Positions 61,105-64,000 of a stretch of DNA of 64,000 bases are shown here, piece after piece. Numbering within the stretch: the stretch's first letter is position 1; each line of letters starts with the position of its first letter. The notes under the pieces are model-generated. The model saw only the letters and a program-made list of their open reading frames with translations, did not search any database and was not told where the DNA came from. Origin of the DNA: the human T2T-CHM13v2.0 reference genome, Homo sapiens; NCBI RefSeq assembly GCF_009914755.1, contig NC_060925.1; one strand, 5' to 3'. A program made the translations under genes and the position numbers.

Positions 61105-61258
61105 ATTATTATTATTTAAAGATGGGTCTTGCTCTGTCACCCAGCCTCCATGGAATGTAGTGGCTCAATCATAGCTCACTGCAGCCTCAAACTCCTGGGC
61201 TCAAGCAATCCTCCTGCCTCAGCCTCCTGAGTAGCTGGGAGTATAGGCTGGTGCCTGG
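61105..61258 (-). mobile_element. AluJ right arm / FRAM
   Basis: Single arm. Confidence 0.8.
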
Positions 61259-61887
61259 TTATTCACCTCATTTTTAAAGAAGCAACAAACAATATTGGTT
61301 AATTTCCTATATCAGATACTGGTCAAATGAGTTATAATGAGATATAATTTCTATAAACAGGTAAAACTTCTTCATGTTTCATAAAAATCTTTTGCTAGGT
61401 CAGACAGCAATATTCCAGAAATGAATCCATGTGTACAAACTAACCTATCTAATTTGTAACCATAAAGGCTTTTGGTTCCAGAGTTCAAAGATCTGTGTAT
61501 GTAAAACAAGATAAACAGCAATCAATAAAGACGTGCCTATTGAAATTATTCTATTAAATAGCACAAAATAAGAGAAAGGAGCTTGGTTAAGTTAGAAAAC
61601 TAAAAATCCTGTGGTCTACTACTGAAGAAACTCTTGAAGATCTGTTTAAAAATGCATGATATGCCTATAAACATCTCTGAAATCACCTTCTGGTTTAAGA
61701 TAGTGCGTATCAGACAATCTGTATGCAAAATACTCAATCTGCTTTTTGTAACACACTATTAATCCAGAAGTCAACAGGCAAACTTCTTGTTAAATTAGAT
61801 GTCTCCAAGATGCTAGGAGGGTCTTTTACAACTTATTCTATTACTTTTTCCTCAATTTTCAATTCTATTTCAGATAGGCTATCTTCA

Positions 61888-62209
61888 TCTTACCTAGTTA
61901 TGACTGATTTCAAAGGACTAACTAGATCAACTAAAAATAATGTTTAAAATGTGATTAATATATGTATTAGTTCTAATGCATTTCAGACTTCTCAATCATT
62001 ACATATTTGTCCTACTAATGCATTTTCAGTTTCCCATATAGTATACCTTCTTCAAATTACATATTTGTAAATTTTGGAATATATAGATAAGTCTTTTCTA
62101 TGTTTAACATATTTTTGATGGTGAGGAGGTAGAGAATGCATGCATTTCCCAAAGCTGCTGAACCACTTCTGACTAATATAAACAAATACAACTTCGAAGT
62201 GAGGTAGGA
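61888..62209. repeat. Copy B of a ~310 bp direct duplication
   Basis: Aligns by eye with 59947-60255. Confidence 0.9.
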
Positions 62210-63299
62210 GGCTACTTAGGAGGGTGGAACCCTCTCAGCTCCCCATGCCTCCCCGATCCCTACCCACTGTAGTTGAAGAAACAACTGGCCTTATTTTGTA
62301 CCTACAAGCTCTGATCTTATATAATGAGAAGGGGCTTACCTGAAGCATTCTGACTTTTGTCTTTCCTGTGATTAGCCCTACTCTGAAATCTATAACAATT
62401 TGTATGTTGTTTCAAAACTGCAAAATAATCCTATCTATAACTATCTAACCTTTTATAAATATTAAACTCAAAACTGGCCTAGAAGTAGAAAAAATAATGA
62501 ATTAAAGATTATTTTAAGTTCCAATTCAGAAAGCACATAAAGGTCAACTTATGACCACAAACTAAATGTTAAAAGAACTTAAATTATGTCTTTCTTAGAC
62601 CTTACATTTTAAAATGTTAGAAGATCCTTAAGAAAGTGTTACTCATCAGTCTTTTAAATTCCTATATGGTCCAATAAACCACCACTTAGAAAACATGCAG
62701 GCACATTCAGAAGCACAATAATATGGGCCATTAATTCTCAACAGTCTATTTCTGATGGAATGGAGTACAAAACTCAATTGGTATTTATGTATGGGGGAAA
62801 ACATCCGTAAATTTAGTCGACTCTTTCCTAAACTACTACTCAGCCTCAAAATCTTTTCGGAGGCAAGCTGCTAGCGGGGGAAAAGAAAACTGAAATGAGA
62901 AAAACTCATCTCCTTGTGGCTGTCGAAGCAGAAAAGCTAGTTGACAGTAATGGTTTAGAAATGTTGGCAGCTAGGATCTACTACCGTAAACAGGTTGCCT
63001 CGGTTACTATGTCACATTTGAAAGAACTTAGTTAACCATGGCAGACTGGACTGCGGGAAACTACCAAATTATGTGTAACTTCCTATTTTTGTACCTTAAA
63101 AAGACTCCCTTTTAAGAAAAAGCCCTTAACCTCATTATTTCCTTCTATCTGCAGCATTCCTGCTCTCCGCATATCCCTCACCGTGACATCCTCGAGGCTT
63201 ATGAAGATGCCGTCTCCCATTCTGTAACCCTGCTTTAGCCGCTACACGGGCCCCTCTTTCCTCCCCACCATTTTCCTAAACCTGCCTTGCCCCATAAAA

Positions 63300-64000
63300 A
63301 CCATCCCGGTGAAGGGCCTCCCCTACTTCCCAGCAAGGCGCACTTTCTCTCTTCTGCAGCAGAAAGATCTGGGCCTTCTGCACTTACTGCTTTTAGCCTC
63401 CTCAGGGGCAGAGGCTAGGGACGGGGACAGGGCCGGAGCCTGGGCCAGGGCAGGGGCTGGGGCTGGAGCCGAGGCCGGAGTCGGAGCCGAGTCCAGAGCC
63501 GAATCCGGGGCCGGAGCTGGGACCCCAGCCGAGTCCCGGGCCGGGGTCGGGACCTGGACCTGGGCCACCTCCACCTCCTCCTTCTCCAGGGGCAGCAGCT
63601 CCTCCTCCGCCATATTCTCCATAGTTACCGCCTCCGTGCCAAGCCCGCCCGGGGACCCGGAGCGGGGCTCACGGCGGGGTCAGAGAACTGACGTGAATGC
63701 CCACAGGGCTGGATCCAAGGAGTGGGGAAGCAAGTGGGGAGGGCGGGATGCGTGCAACAGACAAAAGATGAAGAACCAGTGACCAAATCCTGTTAGTAGA
63801 AAACAGAAAGCCAGAGGCAGCGATTCCAGATGCCCGTCCGCTTCCCTTTCCCCGAGGCGTTACGACGCCACCACAAACTGCGCAGAAGCGTACTGGGGAC
63901 GGCGTCCAATTGGGTAAGAGGGTTCGGTTTCTACGGTGCGTCTCCGGCCCACCGGCCAACCACCAAACCGAACAAAGACTACAGCACCCAGGATACACTG
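63300..64000. promoter_or_regulatory. CpG island / TRMT1L promoter and 5'UTR, probably bidirectional (SWT1 head-to-head from recall)
   Basis: High GC/CpG; TGACGTGA 63689-96; CCAATTGG 63906-13; ZNF143-like ACTACAGCACCCAGGATACACTG 63978-64000. Confidence 0.85.
63388..63622 (-). CDS. TRMT1L: TRMT1L exon 1, Ala/Pro-rich N-terminus ([10 protein letters not shown]...EEAKS)
   Basis: ATG 63622-20 with A at -3 and G at +4; donor A|GTAAGT; 235 nt. Confidence 0.97.

Noticed and set aside
63309-63782. 157 aa plus-strand ORF antisense to TRMT1L exon 1
   Set aside because: Non-ATG start; low-complexity mirror of the GC-rich Ala/Pro codons
63856-63869. GGCGT-TACG-ACGCC mini-hairpin
   Set aside because: A 5 bp stem is expected by chance in a CpG island
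63669-63998. 109 aa minus-strand ORF upstream of the TRMT1L ATG
   Set aside because: Non-ATG start in a CpG island; no upstream ATG seen between 63623 and 63900

Overview
Human-type genomic DNA, recognised from the encoded proteins as the RNF2-TRMT1L locus (chr1q25 from recall). The + strand carries the last four coding exons of RNF2/RING1B (PRC1 H2AK119 E3 ligase; stop at 7210-7212) and a ~2.3 kb 3'UTR. The - strand carries the complete 15-exon TRMT1L CDS (63622 to 26929). All junctions are GT-AG and phase-consistent, and they sum to 2202 nt (733 aa + stop). The genes are convergent, separated by ~15.5 kb that is almost entirely transposon relics (L1, MER44, MLT1, MER6, ERVL, Alu). The window ends in the TRMT1L CpG-island promoter, which from recall is shared head-to-head with SWT1. 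No new multi-gene system is evident. The best leads are: (1) a ~310 bp duplicated intron-1 segment carrying twin splice donors, with one copy inside an L2; (2) a phase-symmetric three-exon zinc cluster in TRMT1L with extra ligands; (3) a 73 bp orphan retro-insertion with a perfect 15 bp TSD; (4) candidate transposon-supplied 3' ends for both genes; (5) several fold-back palindrome scars. Repeat families were assigned by eye from recalled consensus sequences, and their boundaries are approximate.
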